A stretch of DNA of 64,000 bases from Candidatus Bathyarchaeota archaeon. Lineage in GTDB: Archaea; Thermoproteota; Bathyarchaeia; Bathyarchaeales; DTEX01. Positions 9,348 through 19,258 of this stretch are shown here, in pieces. Under the pieces are notes generated by a model. It worked only from the letters and a program-made list of their open reading frames with translations. It was not told where the DNA came from and did not search any database. Within the stretch, counting starts at the first letter, position 1; each line of letters opens with the position of its first letter. The translations under genes were made by a program, and so were the position numbers. The stretch lies in contig JAGTQF010000003.1 of the NCBI GenBank assembly GCA_018396655.1, forward strand, positions 18,953-82,952. The letters run 5' to 3'.

Positions 9348-9592
9348 TATTTCCTCGGCCTTAGGCTTTAGTAAACGGGCTACAGCGCTAAGGTTTGCAT
9401 AACCTCTCTCAATGGCGTCCTGGATTGATGGATCTCCCTCAATGAGATATTGAACAGTTTTCGCCAGTGAAAGTTCGACCAGTTTTGGTCACCTAGAATG
9501 TTTTTAAGCCACGTTTTTAGTCAAAAAGCACATATATTTAACCCTTATCTCTTTCATTGGTTAAGCGTGCTGGAAAGGAGTGCTAAAAAATC

Positions 9593-10801
9593 TTGGCGAG
9601 AAAAATAGTCCTAGCCTATTCAGGCGGCTTAGACACGTCCGTGCTAATAAAGTGGCTCCAAGAGAAGTATAATGCCGAAGTCATAACCGTAACATTGGAT
9701 GTCGGTCAGAAGGAGGATTTAAGGGCTATTGAGGAAAAGGCCTATAAGCTTGGCGTCCTAAAACATTATTCCATCGATGCTAAAGATGAGTTCGTTAGAA
9801 ACTATGTTTTCCCAGCTATTAAGGCTAATGCGCTTTATGAGGGCAAATATCCGGTTAGCACAGCCCTCTCGAGACCGCTTATAGCCTCAAAGCTCGTTGA
9901 GGTTGCCGAGAAGGAGCATGCAGAAGCGGTTGCACACGGATGCACTGGTAAGGGCAACGACCAAGTCCGCATAGAGGTCTCGGTTAAGGCGTTAAATCCG
10001 AACCTTAAGGTTATAGCGCCCGTCAGGGAATGGAATATGACCCGTGATGCTGAAATAGAATATGCGAGAGAGCACGGCATACCAATCCCGGTTGATAAGG
10101 GTAAACCATATAGCATAGACCAGAACTTATGGGGCCGCTCAATAGAGTGCGGGATACTTGAGTATCCCGATAAGGAGCCGCCGGAGGATGCTTTTGAGTG
10201 GACGGCTCCACTCGAAAGGGCTCCTAATGAGCCAGAGTATATTAGCGTAGAGTTTGAGGATGGTGTTCCAGTAGCCCTAAATGGTAGAAGTATGGAGCCC
10301 GTTGAGCTGATTGAGAGCCTCAATAATATTGCTGGGAGGCATGGTGTTGGGCGGATAGACCATATGGAGGACCGCTTGGTTGGGATAAAATCCCGTGAGG
10401 TTTATGAGTGCCCGGCTGCAACCGTCCTTATAGAGGCGCATAAAGACCTTGAGAAGATGGTTCTCACGAGGCATGAGATACTCTTTAAGCAGCATGTTGA
10501 TGCTGAATGGGCTTATCTCGTCTATGCTGGCTTATGGATGGAGCCACTTAAGGAGGATTTAGATGCATTCATAAATAAAACTCAGGAGAGAGTTAATGGC
10601 GAGGTTAGGGTCAAGCTCTTTAAGGGTAATGCTATAGTTGTCGGGCGCTCTTCACCCTACTCACTCTACGACATACACTTAGCCACATACAATATTGACA
10701 CAACATTCGACCAAACCTCCTCAGCCGGGTTTATTGAGCTTTGGGGTCTCCCAACCAGGGTTGCTAGAGCCCTTAAGAGGACTAGGAAGGCTGAGACCTA
10801 A
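9593..10801 (+). CDS. argG: Argininosuccinate synthase
   Basis: The N-terminus VLAYSGGLDTS (PP-loop) and the full-length ArgG pattern are present. TTG start. The stop overlaps the argH ATG (TAATG). Confidence 0.95.
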   Translation: MARKIVLAYSGGLDTSVLIKWLQEKYNAEVITVTLDVGQKEDLRAIEEKAYKLGVLKHYSIDAKDEFVRNYVFPAIKANALYEGKYPVSTALSRPLIASKLVEVAEKEHAEAVAHGCTGKGNDQVRIEVSVKALNPNLKVIAPVREWNMTRDAEIEYAREHGIPIPVDKGKPYSIDQNLWGRSIECGILEYPDKEPPEDAFEWTAPLERAPNEPEYISVEFEDGVPVALNGRSMEPVELIESLNNIAGRHGVGRIDHMEDRLVGIKSREVYECPAATVLIEAHKDLEKMVLTRHEILFKQHVDAEWAYLVYAGLWMEPLKEDLDAFINKTQERVNGEVRVKLFKGNAIVVGRSSPYSLYDIHLATYNIDTTFDQTSSAGFIELWGLPTRVARALKRTRKAET

Positions 10802-12303
10802 TGTCCGAGCTACTTCGGGGCGGTAGGCTTGCAGGGTCTAGAAGGGACATTATTGAGTTTACTTCCTCAATAAAGAGTGATGTTAAACTACTTAGGCATG
10901 TCGTGAACATTAACAGGGCTCATATAATAATGCTGGTGGAGAACAAGATAGTCCGCGCTGAAGAGGGCTCTAAGATTCTCGGAGCGCTAATGGGCTTAGA
11001 GGACAGATTAACCATCAGACCCGATATTGAGGACGTTCACATGCTCGTTGAGGAAGAGGTTATAAGATGCGTTGGGATGGATGTTGGCGGAAACCTGAAT
11101 TTGGCGAAGAGCCGAAATGACCAGGTTGTAACTGCCATAAGGATGGCTCTGAGGGAGGAGCTTCTTGACATAATGGAGCTAATAGTCAGTCTTCAAGAGA
11201 CGCTTATCAATATGGCTGAAAGGAGCACTAACATTATTATTCCGGGATATACGCATCTGCAGCCAGCCCAGCCCACAACTCTCGCCCATTATCTGCTGGC
11301 GCAATCCGATATCCTTGGGAGGAGCCTAGATAGACTACTTAATGCTTATGGACGTGTTAATTTATGTCCTATGGGCGCTGGGGCTCTGGCAACAACTAGC
11401 TTTCCGATTAGCCGTGAGAGGGTTGCTGAGCTACTAGGCTTTGATGGACTTGTCGAAAATTCCATTGATGCTGTCAGCTCAAGGGATTTTCTACTTGAGG
11501 TTTTAGCGGCTTTATCCATTATGGCCATCGACTTAAGCCGCCTAGCCGAAGACTTAATCTTATGGTCCTCAGTTGAATTCAACCTAATAGAGCTTCCAGA
11601 CGAATTTACTTCAACGAGTAGCATAATGCCCCAGAAGAAAAATCCGGAAGTTCTTGAGATTGTAAGGGCTAAGATGTCTTCAATCCTGGGTGATTTCACA
11701 GCGGCCTCAGCAATCTTAAAGGGTCTTCCATCAACATACAACTTAGACTTTCAGGAGGCCACGCCCAAACTCTGGGATGCATGCGAAATCATACGTGAAT
11801 CACTCCGAATACTCCCAGAATTGATTAGAAGTATAAGGGTTAGGGAGGAAGCCCTAAAGAAGCCCATTCTAAGCTTTTTGGCTGCTACGGAGCTCGCAAA
11901 CATCCTAGTTAAAAATTATGGCGTTCCATTTAGGCTATCGCATAAAATCGTTGGGGCACTAGTTAAAGCCTTAGTGGATGAGGGGAAGCCCCTTTCGGAC
12001 GCTACGCCGGAAATGCTGGCAAGAATCTCGGAGGGAATTTTGGGTTCACCAATAAATATTAGGTCTGAAGAGCTGCAGAAGGCCATGGACCTAACATGCT
12101 TTGTGGAGTCGCATAGTGTTAGGGGAGGGCCCTCTAGAGGGGAGGTTGAGAGGATGATTTCTGCGAGGAGAGCGCTGCTAAGCCGCTATAGAAGTAACAT
12201 AGCATCGTTGAGGAAACGTATTGAGGACTCGATTAACGCACTTAACGCCATAGCCGAGTCATATGCTGCGCAAGCATTCCATCCAGCATCTAAAGAACCA
12301 TAA
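10801..12303 (+). CDS. argH: Argininosuccinate lyase
   Basis: Fumarate-lyase family signature (SSIMPQKKNPEVLE). 500 aa. Sits in an operon with argG. Confidence 0.95.
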   Translation: MSELLRGGRLAGSRRDIIEFTSSIKSDVKLLRHVVNINRAHIIMLVENKIVRAEEGSKILGALMGLEDRLTIRPDIEDVHMLVEEEVIRCVGMDVGGNLNLAKSRNDQVVTAIRMALREELLDIMELIVSLQETLINMAERSTNIIIPGYTHLQPAQPTTLAHYLLAQSDILGRSLDRLLNAYGRVNLCPMGAGALATTSFPISRERVAELLGFDGLVENSIDAVSSRDFLLEVLAALSIMAIDLSRLAEDLILWSSVEFNLIELPDEFTSTSSIMPQKKNPEVLEIVRAKMSSILGDFTAASAILKGLPSTYNLDFQEATPKLWDACEIIRESLRILPELIRSIRVREEALKKPILSFLAATELANILVKNYGVPFRLSHKIVGALVKALVDEGKPLSDATPEMLARISEGILGSPINIRSEELQKAMDLTCFVESHSVRGGPSRGEVERMISARRALLSRYRSNIASLRKRIEDSINALNAIAESYAAQAFHPASKEP

Positions 12304-12314
12304 AGTTTAAATTT

Positions 12315-13502
12315 ATGTTTTCCTCTTGCTTGAGGAAGGGTTCGTTGAAGCGCGAGAAGAGCCCCGAGAAAGTGAAGGCCGGTAAGGCCGTTCTGGTTCT
12401 TGAGGATGGGACATTCTTCATCGGTAAGGGTTTTGGAGCCATAAGGAAGGTTTCGGGTGAAGTTGTCTTCTCAACTGGTATGGTTGGTTATCCCGAATCC
12501 TTAACAGACCCATCATATTATGGGCAGATTCTAACGTTAACTTATCCGCTTATTGGAAACTATGGGGTCCCGGCATACGATTATGATGAGTTCGGCATAC
12601 CGGTAAGATTCGAATCCATTGGGATTAAAGTTACTGGGCTTGTAATTCAGGAGCTATGCACAAAACCCTATCATTGGGCCTCTAGGAGAACGCTTGATGA
12701 GTGGCTTAGAAGCGAGGGGGTCCCTGGAATATATGGGATAGATACCAGGCGCCTGACGAAGAAGCTCCGTGAGAGGGGTGTTATGCTTGGCATACTACAA
12801 GTGTGCGAGGAGGGTAAGGAGCCAAACATAGATAGGCTGCTTGAGGAGGTTAAGAGTGTCCCAGACCCAAATGAGCGCGACCTTGTCAGCGAGGTTACGA
12901 TTAAGGAGCCAGTCTGCTATGAATGTGACGGAAGGGTTAGGATAGCCCTAATAGACTGCGGTGTGAAGGCTGGAATAATAAGGTGTCTGCTCAAGCGCCG
13001 AGTTGACGTTGTGAGGGTTCCTTATGACTTTTCAGCCGATGAGATTCTCGAGTATAAGCCTAATGGGGTCCTAATAAGTAATGGGCCCGGAGACCCAAAG
13101 AGATGCGCCAAGACTATAGAGGCCGTTAGGGTCCTCGCTGAGGAGAACGTTCCGATGATGGGCATATGCTTGGGAAATCAGATTTTATCCTTGGCTATGG
13201 GAGGCGATACTTATAAGCTGAAGTATGGGCATAGGTCTCAGAATCAACCAGCCTACGACCTTGAGACGGGACGCTGCTACATAACAATTCAGAATCACGG
13301 CTACGCTGTTAGGGCTGAATCCCTAGAGAAAACCGGCCTAAAGTGCTGGTTTATAAACGCCAATGATAAAACAGTTGAGGGAGTGAAATTCAAGAATGGA
13401 CCTTCCTTCGCTGTCCAATGGCATCCAGAAGCCTCTCCAGGACCATATGATACCGAGTTTCTTTTCGACGAGTTTCTTAAGAGAGCTGAGAAGATCGGGT
13501 GA
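12315..13502 (+). CDS. carA: Carbamoyl-phosphate synthase small (glutaminase) subunit
   Basis: Conserved core AVLVLEDGTFFIGKGFG and GATase triad context GICLGNQ...HGYAV. The real start may be the GTG at 12372. Confidence 0.93.
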   Translation: MFSSCLRKGSLKREKSPEKVKAGKAVLVLEDGTFFIGKGFGAIRKVSGEVVFSTGMVGYPESLTDPSYYGQILTLTYPLIGNYGVPAYDYDEFGIPVRFESIGIKVTGLVIQELCTKPYHWASRRTLDEWLRSEGVPGIYGIDTRRLTKKLRERGVMLGILQVCEEGKEPNIDRLLEEVKSVPDPNERDLVSEVTIKEPVCYECDGRVRIALIDCGVKAGIIRCLLKRRVDVVRVPYDFSADEILEYKPNGVLISNGPGDPKRCAKTIEAVRVLAEENVPMMGICLGNQILSLAMGGDTYKLKYGHRSQNQPAYDLETGRCYITIQNHGYAVRAESLEKTGLKCWFINANDKTVEGVKFKNGPSFAVQWHPEASPGPYDTEFLFDEFLKRAEKIG

Positions 13503-13508
13503 TAGAGT

Positions 13509-16500
13509 ATGCCAAGGTTTGAGTGGGTGCGTAAGGTCCTAATCCTGGGAAGTGGTGCAATAAAAATTGGTGAGGCAGCTGAGTTCGATTATTCCGGGAG
13601 CCAATGCCTTAAGGCGCTTAGAGAGGAGGGCATAGAAACAATTCTGGTTAACCCGAATATAGCGACCATCCAAACCGACCCACGGCTTGCTGGCAAAGTC
13701 TACCTTCTGCCAGTTATTCCGGAGTACGTTGAGAAGGTTATTGAGAGGGAAAGGCCAGATGGGATAATGCTTGGCTTTGGGGGGCAGACGGCCCTAAACT
13801 GCGGTGTTCAATTGGCTAAGATGGGCATCCTAGAAAAGTATGATGTAAAGGTTCTGGGGACCTCGATTGAGGCCATTGAGAGGGCATCTAATAGAGAGCT
13901 TTTTAGGCAGACAATGCTTAATGCTGGCATACCCGTTCCAAGGAGTAAGTCCGCAACATCCATTGAGGGAGCGATTGAGGCCGCTGAGGAGATAGGTTAT
14001 CCAGTTATGGTTAGGGTTGCTTATACTCTTGGCGGCAAAGGCACTGGTGTCGCCTATAATAAGCGTGAGCTTGTTGAGATTGTTAGTAGGGGCTTAACAC
14101 ACAGCATGATTAGACAGGTCCTGGTTGAGGAGTATATCGGACACTGGAAGGAAGTCGAGTATGAGGTTATGAGAGACTATCAGAACAACTGCATAACCGT
14201 TTGTAACATGGAGAATTTTGACCCAATGGGCGTTCACACAGGTGACTCAATAGTCGTCGCACCCTCGCAAACATTAACAAACCGCGAGTATCATATTTTA
14301 CGCTCAGCATCAATTAGAGCTGTTCAAGCCCTAGGCGTAGTCGGAGAATGTAATATTCAGTGGGCGTTACACCCAAGGTCTGAGGAGATAAGGGCTATAG
14401 AGGTTAATCCAAGGATGTCTAGGAGTTCAGCGCTAGCTAGTAAGGCTACAGGCTACCCGCTCGCATATATAGCCGCCAAGCTGGCGATAGGTTACACGCT
14501 ACCAGAATTAATCAATAAGGTTACTGGAATAACAACAGCGTGCTTTGAGCCAGCCCTAGACTACATAGTCGTTAAGATTCCACGATGGGACCTAAAGAAG
14601 TTTAGGAATGCGGACCGCCATATAGGCACACAGATGAAGTCCGTCGGTGAAGTCATGGCTATAGGAAGAACATTCGAGGAGGCTCTTCAAAAGGCTGTTA
14701 GAATGCTTGATATAGGAAAGATTGGCCTTGTCGCGAATAACGATGATGAACCCGAGCCCCTAGAAGCCATAAGGGACTGCCTAAAGAATCCGACCGATGA
14801 GCGCCTCTTTAAGATTGTTAAAGCTATGAAGATGGGCATGTCAATTAGGGAGATTTACCGCCTAAGCGGGATAGACCCATGGTTCCTCTACAAGATTAAG
14901 AACATTATTAATATGGAGAAGAGGCTTAGAAGACTTAAGATTGATGATGAGGATGCACCTGAAGTTATTAAGGAGGCTAAGCGCTTAGGCTTTTCAGATG
15001 CCCAGATTGCTAAGTGTATGGGTTTAAGCGAGGACGAGATTAGGCGCTTCCGAAAAGCCCACGGAATAGCTCCAGTTGTGAAGCAGATCGACACGTTGGC
15101 GGCTGAGTGGCCCGCCAAAACAAACTATCTATACATGACGTACAGTGGTGATGAGGATGATATTAAATTTGATTCAGGAAAGAAGAAGGTTATTGTTCTC
15201 GGCGCGGGCGTCTTCAGGATTGGCTCAAGCGTCGAGTTCGATTGGAGCGGTGTTAATACGATTTGGGCTCTAAAGAAGCATGGTGTGGACGAGGCTATAA
15301 TGATTAATTATAATCCGGAGACGGTTTCAACCGACTATGATATATCGGATAAGCTATATTTTGAGGAGCTAACCCTAGAGAGGGTTCTTGATATTTATGA
15401 GAAGGAGAAGCCCCTAGGGGTTGTGGTTAGTGTTGGCGGGCAGATTCCAAACAATCTGGCGCTTAAGCTCTCTAGGGCTGGCGTAAATATACTTGGAACA
15501 TCAAGCGAGAGCATAGATGCAGCCGAGGATAGGTCGAAGTTCAGCGCCCTACTAGATAGATTGGGCATACTGCAGCCAAAATGGAGTAAGCTAACCACGA
15601 TTGAAGAAGCTGAAAGATTCGCTGAGGAGATAGGCTATCCAGTTCTAGTCAGACCGAGCTATGTCCTCTCCGGATACGCCATGAGGGTCGCATATAGCAG
15701 TAAGGAGCTTAGGGACTATCTTGAGCTGGCCGCTAAGGTTTCGCCGGAGCATCCAGTCGTAATATCGAAGTTCATTGAGGGCGCTAAGGAGGTTGAGGTT
15801 GACGGGGTCTCAGATGGTGAGGATGTTCTCATTGGTGCTGTTATAGAACATGTGGAGCAGGCTGGAGTGCACAGCGGAGACGCGGTTATGAGTATACCGC
15901 CACAGTCCCTAAGCAGCGATGTCATAAAGAGGATTGAGGATTACTCGCGCATGATTGCCAGAGCCCTCAAAATTAAGGGACCATTCAACATTCAGTATCT
16001 CGTTAAGAATGGTGAGGTCTCGGTTATAGAGTGTAATCTTAGGGCCTCAAGGTCTCTACCATATGTGAGTAAGAGTAGGGGCGTGAACCTTATAGAGGTC
16101 TCAACGGCAATTATGTTCGGCAAAACCCTTAAGGATCTGGGTCTACTTGAGCTCCCACCAACACCATATGTCTCCGTTAAGGTTCCGCAATTCAGTTTTA
16201 TGCGCTTAAGTGGTGCAGACCCAGTTTTAGGTGTTGAAATGATGAGCACTGGGGAGGCTGCGTGTATAGGTGAGAACTTTGCTGACGCGCTACTAAAGGC
16301 CTTGCAGTCCGTTGAATTCACGATTCCAAATGATAATGGCGCGGTCCTAATTACTGTTGGCGGTGAGGAGATGAAGCGTAAGATAATTCCATTGGCTAGG
16401 AGCCTAAGCGATTTGGGCTTTAAGATTTATGCGACAGAGCACACGGCCGATGCGCTTCATAGGGCTGGGCTAAAGAATATAACTATTCTCCATAAGGTTA

Positions 16501-16787
16501 GTGAGCCATCGAGAAAACCAAACATAATAGACTACATAGTCCAGCGCAAAATAGATTTGGTCATCAATATCCCGGCCCCAACAGCTAACCCAGAGAGCGA
16601 TGTCTCCGGCATACTTAGGGATGAATATGTTATTCGGAGGCTAGCTGTTGAATACAATATTCCAATAGTCACAACCCTCGAGCTAGCCTCAGCCATAATT
16701 AAGGTCCTCAAGTATAGGAAGAAGAGCGAAATCATAATCCGCTCACTAAACGAGTACATGGACAGCCTACCACTGAAATACTGGTAG
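13509..16787 (+). CDS. carB: Carbamoyl-phosphate synthase large subunit
   Basis: 1092 aa. Duplicated ATP-grasp halves, oligomerisation domain and MGS-like C-terminal domain, with typical motifs throughout. Confidence 0.97.
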   Translation: MPRFEWVRKVLILGSGAIKIGEAAEFDYSGSQCLKALREEGIETILVNPNIATIQTDPRLAGKVYLLPVIPEYVEKVIERERPDGIMLGFGGQTALNCGVQLAKMGILEKYDVKVLGTSIEAIERASNRELFRQTMLNAGIPVPRSKSATSIEGAIEAAEEIGYPVMVRVAYTLGGKGTGVAYNKRELVEIVSRGLTHSMIRQVLVEEYIGHWKEVEYEVMRDYQNNCITVCNMENFDPMGVHTGDSIVVAPSQTLTNREYHILRSASIRAVQALGVVGECNIQWALHPRSEEIRAIEVNPRMSRSSALASKATGYPLAYIAAKLAIGYTLPELINKVTGITTACFEPALDYIVVKIPRWDLKKFRNADRHIGTQMKSVGEVMAIGRTFEEALQKAVRMLDIGKIGLVANNDDEPEPLEAIRDCLKNPTDERLFKIVKAMKMGMSIREIYRLSGIDPWFLYKIKNIINMEKRLRRLKIDDEDAPEVIKEAKRLGFSDAQIAKCMGLSEDEIRRFRKAHGIAPVVKQIDTLAAEWPAKTNYLYMTYSGDEDDIKFDSGKKKVIVLGAGVFRIGSSVEFDWSGVNTIWALKKHGVDEAIMINYNPETVSTDYDISDKLYFEELTLERVLDIYEKEKPLGVVVSVGGQIPNNLALKLSRAGVNILGTSSESIDAAEDRSKFSALLDRLGILQPKWSKLTTIEEAERFAEEIGYPVLVRPSYVLSGYAMRVAYSSKELRDYLELAAKVSPEHPVVISKFIEGAKEVEVDGVSDGEDVLIGAVIEHVEQAGVHSGDAVMSIPPQSLSSDVIKRIEDYSRMIARALKIKGPFNIQYLVKNGEVSVIECNLRASRSLPYVSKSRGVNLIEVSTAIMFGKTLKDLGLLELPPTPYVSVKVPQFSFMRLSGADPVLGVEMMSTGEAACIGENFADALLKALQSVEFTIPNDNGAVLITVGGEEMKRKIIPLARSLSDLGFKIYATEHTADALHRAGLKNITILHKVSEPSRKPNIIDYIVQRKIDLVINIPAPTANPESDVSGILRDEYVIRRLAVEYNIPIVTTLELASAIIKVLKYRKKSEIIIRSLNEYMDSLPLKYW

Positions 16788-16835
16788 AGGAAAAGGCTCT
16801 CTAGGCAAAAGAGGGAAATTTTGGGCATGAATGGT

Positions 16836-16853
16836 GTTTCAAAAGGTTGAAAC
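16836..16853 (+). terminator. Perfect hairpin GTTTCAA-AAGG-TTGAAAC about 50 nt after the carB stop (candidate terminator/processing hairpin)
   Basis: 7-bp perfect stem with a 4-nt loop, followed by gccgcgTTTcac. Single copy. Confidence 0.25.
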
Positions 16854-16915
16854 GCCGCGTTTCACAGTGTTCCTTAACTAGGACTTTTTGCAAAGATATA
16901 GCGTGGTGATGAGCG

Positions 16916-18262
16916 GTGGAAGTTAAGAGCAGAATGACTTATGCATTAACGTTGCTCTCAATCCTAGCATTAGCATCATTTGCTGGAATCACATCTCTAT
17001 TTCCGGTGAGTCCAGTAAGCGCTGAGACTACATCTTTGGTATCGGAAGGCTGTCCAGGCGAGGCTGAGAGGGCTGAGAAAATTCTGTTGCTGGCTGATGC
17101 TGCCAAATTAAGGGTTGAGGCGCTGCTAAACTCCGTGTTCGGCAATGAGACTGTAATGGATAAGATTGAGAATGCGAGCCTACTGGATGAGCTATGGAGT
17201 GTGAATGCAACATTTTATGATGTGGGTATGACGCTACTCAATGATGCGCATGAGTCCTTTAAGGGTGGCGATTATGTGAATGCAACATCATACGCTATGG
17301 AGGCCCTAAATGTCTTCCGTGAAACATTTAAAGAAATCAATCGAATCCTATGCCAAGCGGATATAATCAAGTGCGAGCTTATTGATGGCCAGGGATTACT
17401 AGTTGCCATTAATAGGGCACTGGCGAGAATAGAGCGGATAAGAGAGATTATAGAGGCTTTTTCAAGTGTGAGCGATATTATAAGCACCCTAGATGAGGCG
17501 GAAGAATATTTGAATGTGACCTTAGCCATGGAGCTGCTCCAGCAGGGGAATGTCTCAGATGTTGCCCGCATGCTCGCTGAGGCGAATAGGCTTATTGTGG
17601 AGGCCCTAAGAGGGCTGAAGGTAAAGATCAGGGAGAGGCTTAGTGAGAGAATCGAGCGTTTCAGGGAGAATCTTGAGAGGCTACGCGAGAGGGTTAAGGA
17701 GAGACTTAGGGAAATGAATGTGCCTGAGCATGAGTTCTTCAAGCGCTGGAACTTCACTAACGCCGATGAGTTCTGGAGAAAGCAGATAGAGATACTTGAG
17801 AGGGTTAGGGAACGCCTAAGGGAGGGGATTAACGCAACGGAGCTTAATGTTATTGGTGTGAGAATGCGTGAGGTCTGCCTAGAACTCGAGCTTAGGCTAC
17901 GCGAGCGCGAGGGCGGGGGCGCTAAGATTGAAGTAAATGTGGAAAAGATTATTGAGATATCAATCAGCCGCAAAATAACCGTGACCCTAAGGATAACTGT
18001 TAGGAACGCTGGGAATGTTACATTAGTGTTTCCGAATTACGCTTTCGGAATGATAATTGAGAGAGAAAGCAATGGTAGATGGAGATTCTATGAGTCGCCA
18101 ATATCAATACAAGTCCTCAGAATACTTGAGCCCGGAGAATCAGGTGAGGTAAGGATAAGGCTTAGGGCTGCTGAGCCGGGTAGATATAGGGTTGTTGTGC
18201 GCGCATTAGCTAGAGAAGGCTTTGGAGCACCGGAGGGATACGCTGAGTTCACACTGCCATAG
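16916..18262 (+). CDS. Secreted or membrane-anchored coiled-coil protein with many N-glycosylation sequons and a C-terminal beta-sandwich domain; function unknown
   Basis: N-terminal hydrophobic signal/anchor LTLLSILALASFAGI. At least 9 N-x-S/T sequons (NETV, NASL, NATF, NATS, NVTL, NVSD, NFTN, NATE, NVTL). An R/E/L-rich heptad region (RERLSERIERFRENLERLRERVKERLRE). The C-terminus is VTLRITVRNAGNVTL...PGESGEVRIRL. Confidence 0.5.
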   Translation: MEVKSRMTYALTLLSILALASFAGITSLFPVSPVSAETTSLVSEGCPGEAERAEKILLLADAAKLRVEALLNSVFGNETVMDKIENASLLDELWSVNATFYDVGMTLLNDAHESFKGGDYVNATSYAMEALNVFRETFKEINRILCQADIIKCELIDGQGLLVAINRALARIERIREIIEAFSSVSDIISTLDEAEEYLNVTLAMELLQQGNVSDVARMLAEANRLIVEALRGLKVKIRERLSERIERFRENLERLRERVKERLREMNVPEHEFFKRWNFTNADEFWRKQIEILERVRERLREGINATELNVIGVRMREVCLELELRLREREGGGAKIEVNVEKIIEISISRKITVTLRITVRNAGNVTLVFPNYAFGMIIERESNGRWRFYESPISIQVLRILEPGESGEVRIRLRAAEPGRYRVVVRALAREGFGAPEGYAEFTLP

Positions 18263-18294
18263 ACCCTTCTTCTTTTTAAATTCGTTTTTTCTCG

Positions 18295-19191
18295 TTATTT
18301 TAGTTCAACGAGATTTTGGAGACCTACTTTTCTAACTCGGACTAAACCTTTTTTCTCTAGGCGTTTTATTAGGCGCCACATGCTAGTTCTCGGTATGTGT
18401 GGGAATCTTTCCCTCAGCTCAGCCTCTAAAACTCTTCCCCCTCTCTCCCTAATGAAGCGCAATACATTGGCCTCCTCATCGCTTAGAGCTCTAATCCTCC
18501 GCCTCCGATACAACATTGTTAATGCAAGGATAATAGCGCATACGATTGCTATTGCGGCGATTATATATTCGATTGTTGGAAAACGTGTGGCTGGCTGCTG
18601 CTGGTCTGGTGGTGTGGGCGGCTGGAGAGGAGGTTGCGTTGGCGGCTGTATCGGTATCTCATAGCTTATCTCCCAGTAACCGGGGCTTAAGTCCATCTCA
18701 AAGCGACTGCCACTCATCCTTATGGCTGATGGGATATCGCTGAGATACATTATTGTTGCGTTCTCTGGGAATATAAGTGTCAGCTCAAATGGGGCTGTGA
18801 AATTAATCGTCCAGAGTCCGAGAGTCTTATATGTAAGCCCATCCGTATCATATTCGAGCGTTATTCTGTTGGAGCCAAGAGAATAAATAGTTATGTTGCC
18901 ATCGCTTATGTCATAGTCGATTAGGCTGCCATTCTCATCTAGAATCAGTATGTTGCTCACTCTCTCCGGCGGGGATAATAGCGGAAGCATAATAAGCGGC
19001 TCGCTCTCATTAACCAGCAGTTCGACGTTGACATGGACAACACCATCCCTATAAATGGTTAGGATAGCCCTATGAACAATATAGGTTTCCTCAGCATATG
19101 AGATATCGCAAGAAAACATTATTAGTAATAGCGTAATTATTAGTAATAGTGTAAGAGCCAACAGCGTCTCTCTATGTCTCTCCATACTCAT
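18295..19191 (-). CDS. Membrane-tethered winged-helix protein: signal peptide, extracellular domain, Pro/Gln/Thr linker, single TM, cytoplasmic C-terminal wHTH
   Basis: Signal LLALTLLLIITLLLIMF. Linker QPPTQPPLQPPTPPDQQQP. TM IIAAIAIVCAIILALTMLY followed by RRRRIR. MarR/TrmB-like wHTH LRFIRERGGRVLEAELRERFPHIPRTSMWRLIKRLEKKGLVRVRKVG. Confidence 0.55.
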   Translation of the reverse strand: MSMERHRETLLALTLLLIITLLLIMFSCDISYAEETYIVHRAILTIYRDGVVHVNVELLVNESEPLIMLPLLSPPERVSNILILDENGSLIDYDISDGNITIYSLGSNRITLEYDTDGLTYKTLGLWTINFTAPFELTLIFPENATIMYLSDIPSAIRMSGSRFEMDLSPGYWEISYEIPIQPPTQPPLQPPTPPDQQQPATRFPTIEYIIAAIAIVCAIILALTMLYRRRRIRALSDEEANVLRFIRERGGRVLEAELRERFPHIPRTSMWRLIKRLEKKGLVRVRKVGLQNLVELK

Positions 19192-19258
19192 CGGTCTTAA
19201 TCACACTACTCAATCTTAAAAAAATTATGAATTTTAGCTTCCCATGTGCAGCTGTTAG

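Noticed and set aside
16836-16853. GTTTCAAAAGGTTGAAAC, which looks like an archaeal CRISPR repeat
   Set aside because: It is a single copy with no spacer-repeat periodicity anywhere in the window and no cas genes. It was kept only as a possible post-carB hairpin.
17272-17973. 233-aa minus-strand ORF inside the coiled-coil glycoprotein gene
   Set aside because: The Ser/Leu/Arg-rich translation is the compositional mirror of the R/E/L heptad repeat on the sense strand. It has no independent start context.
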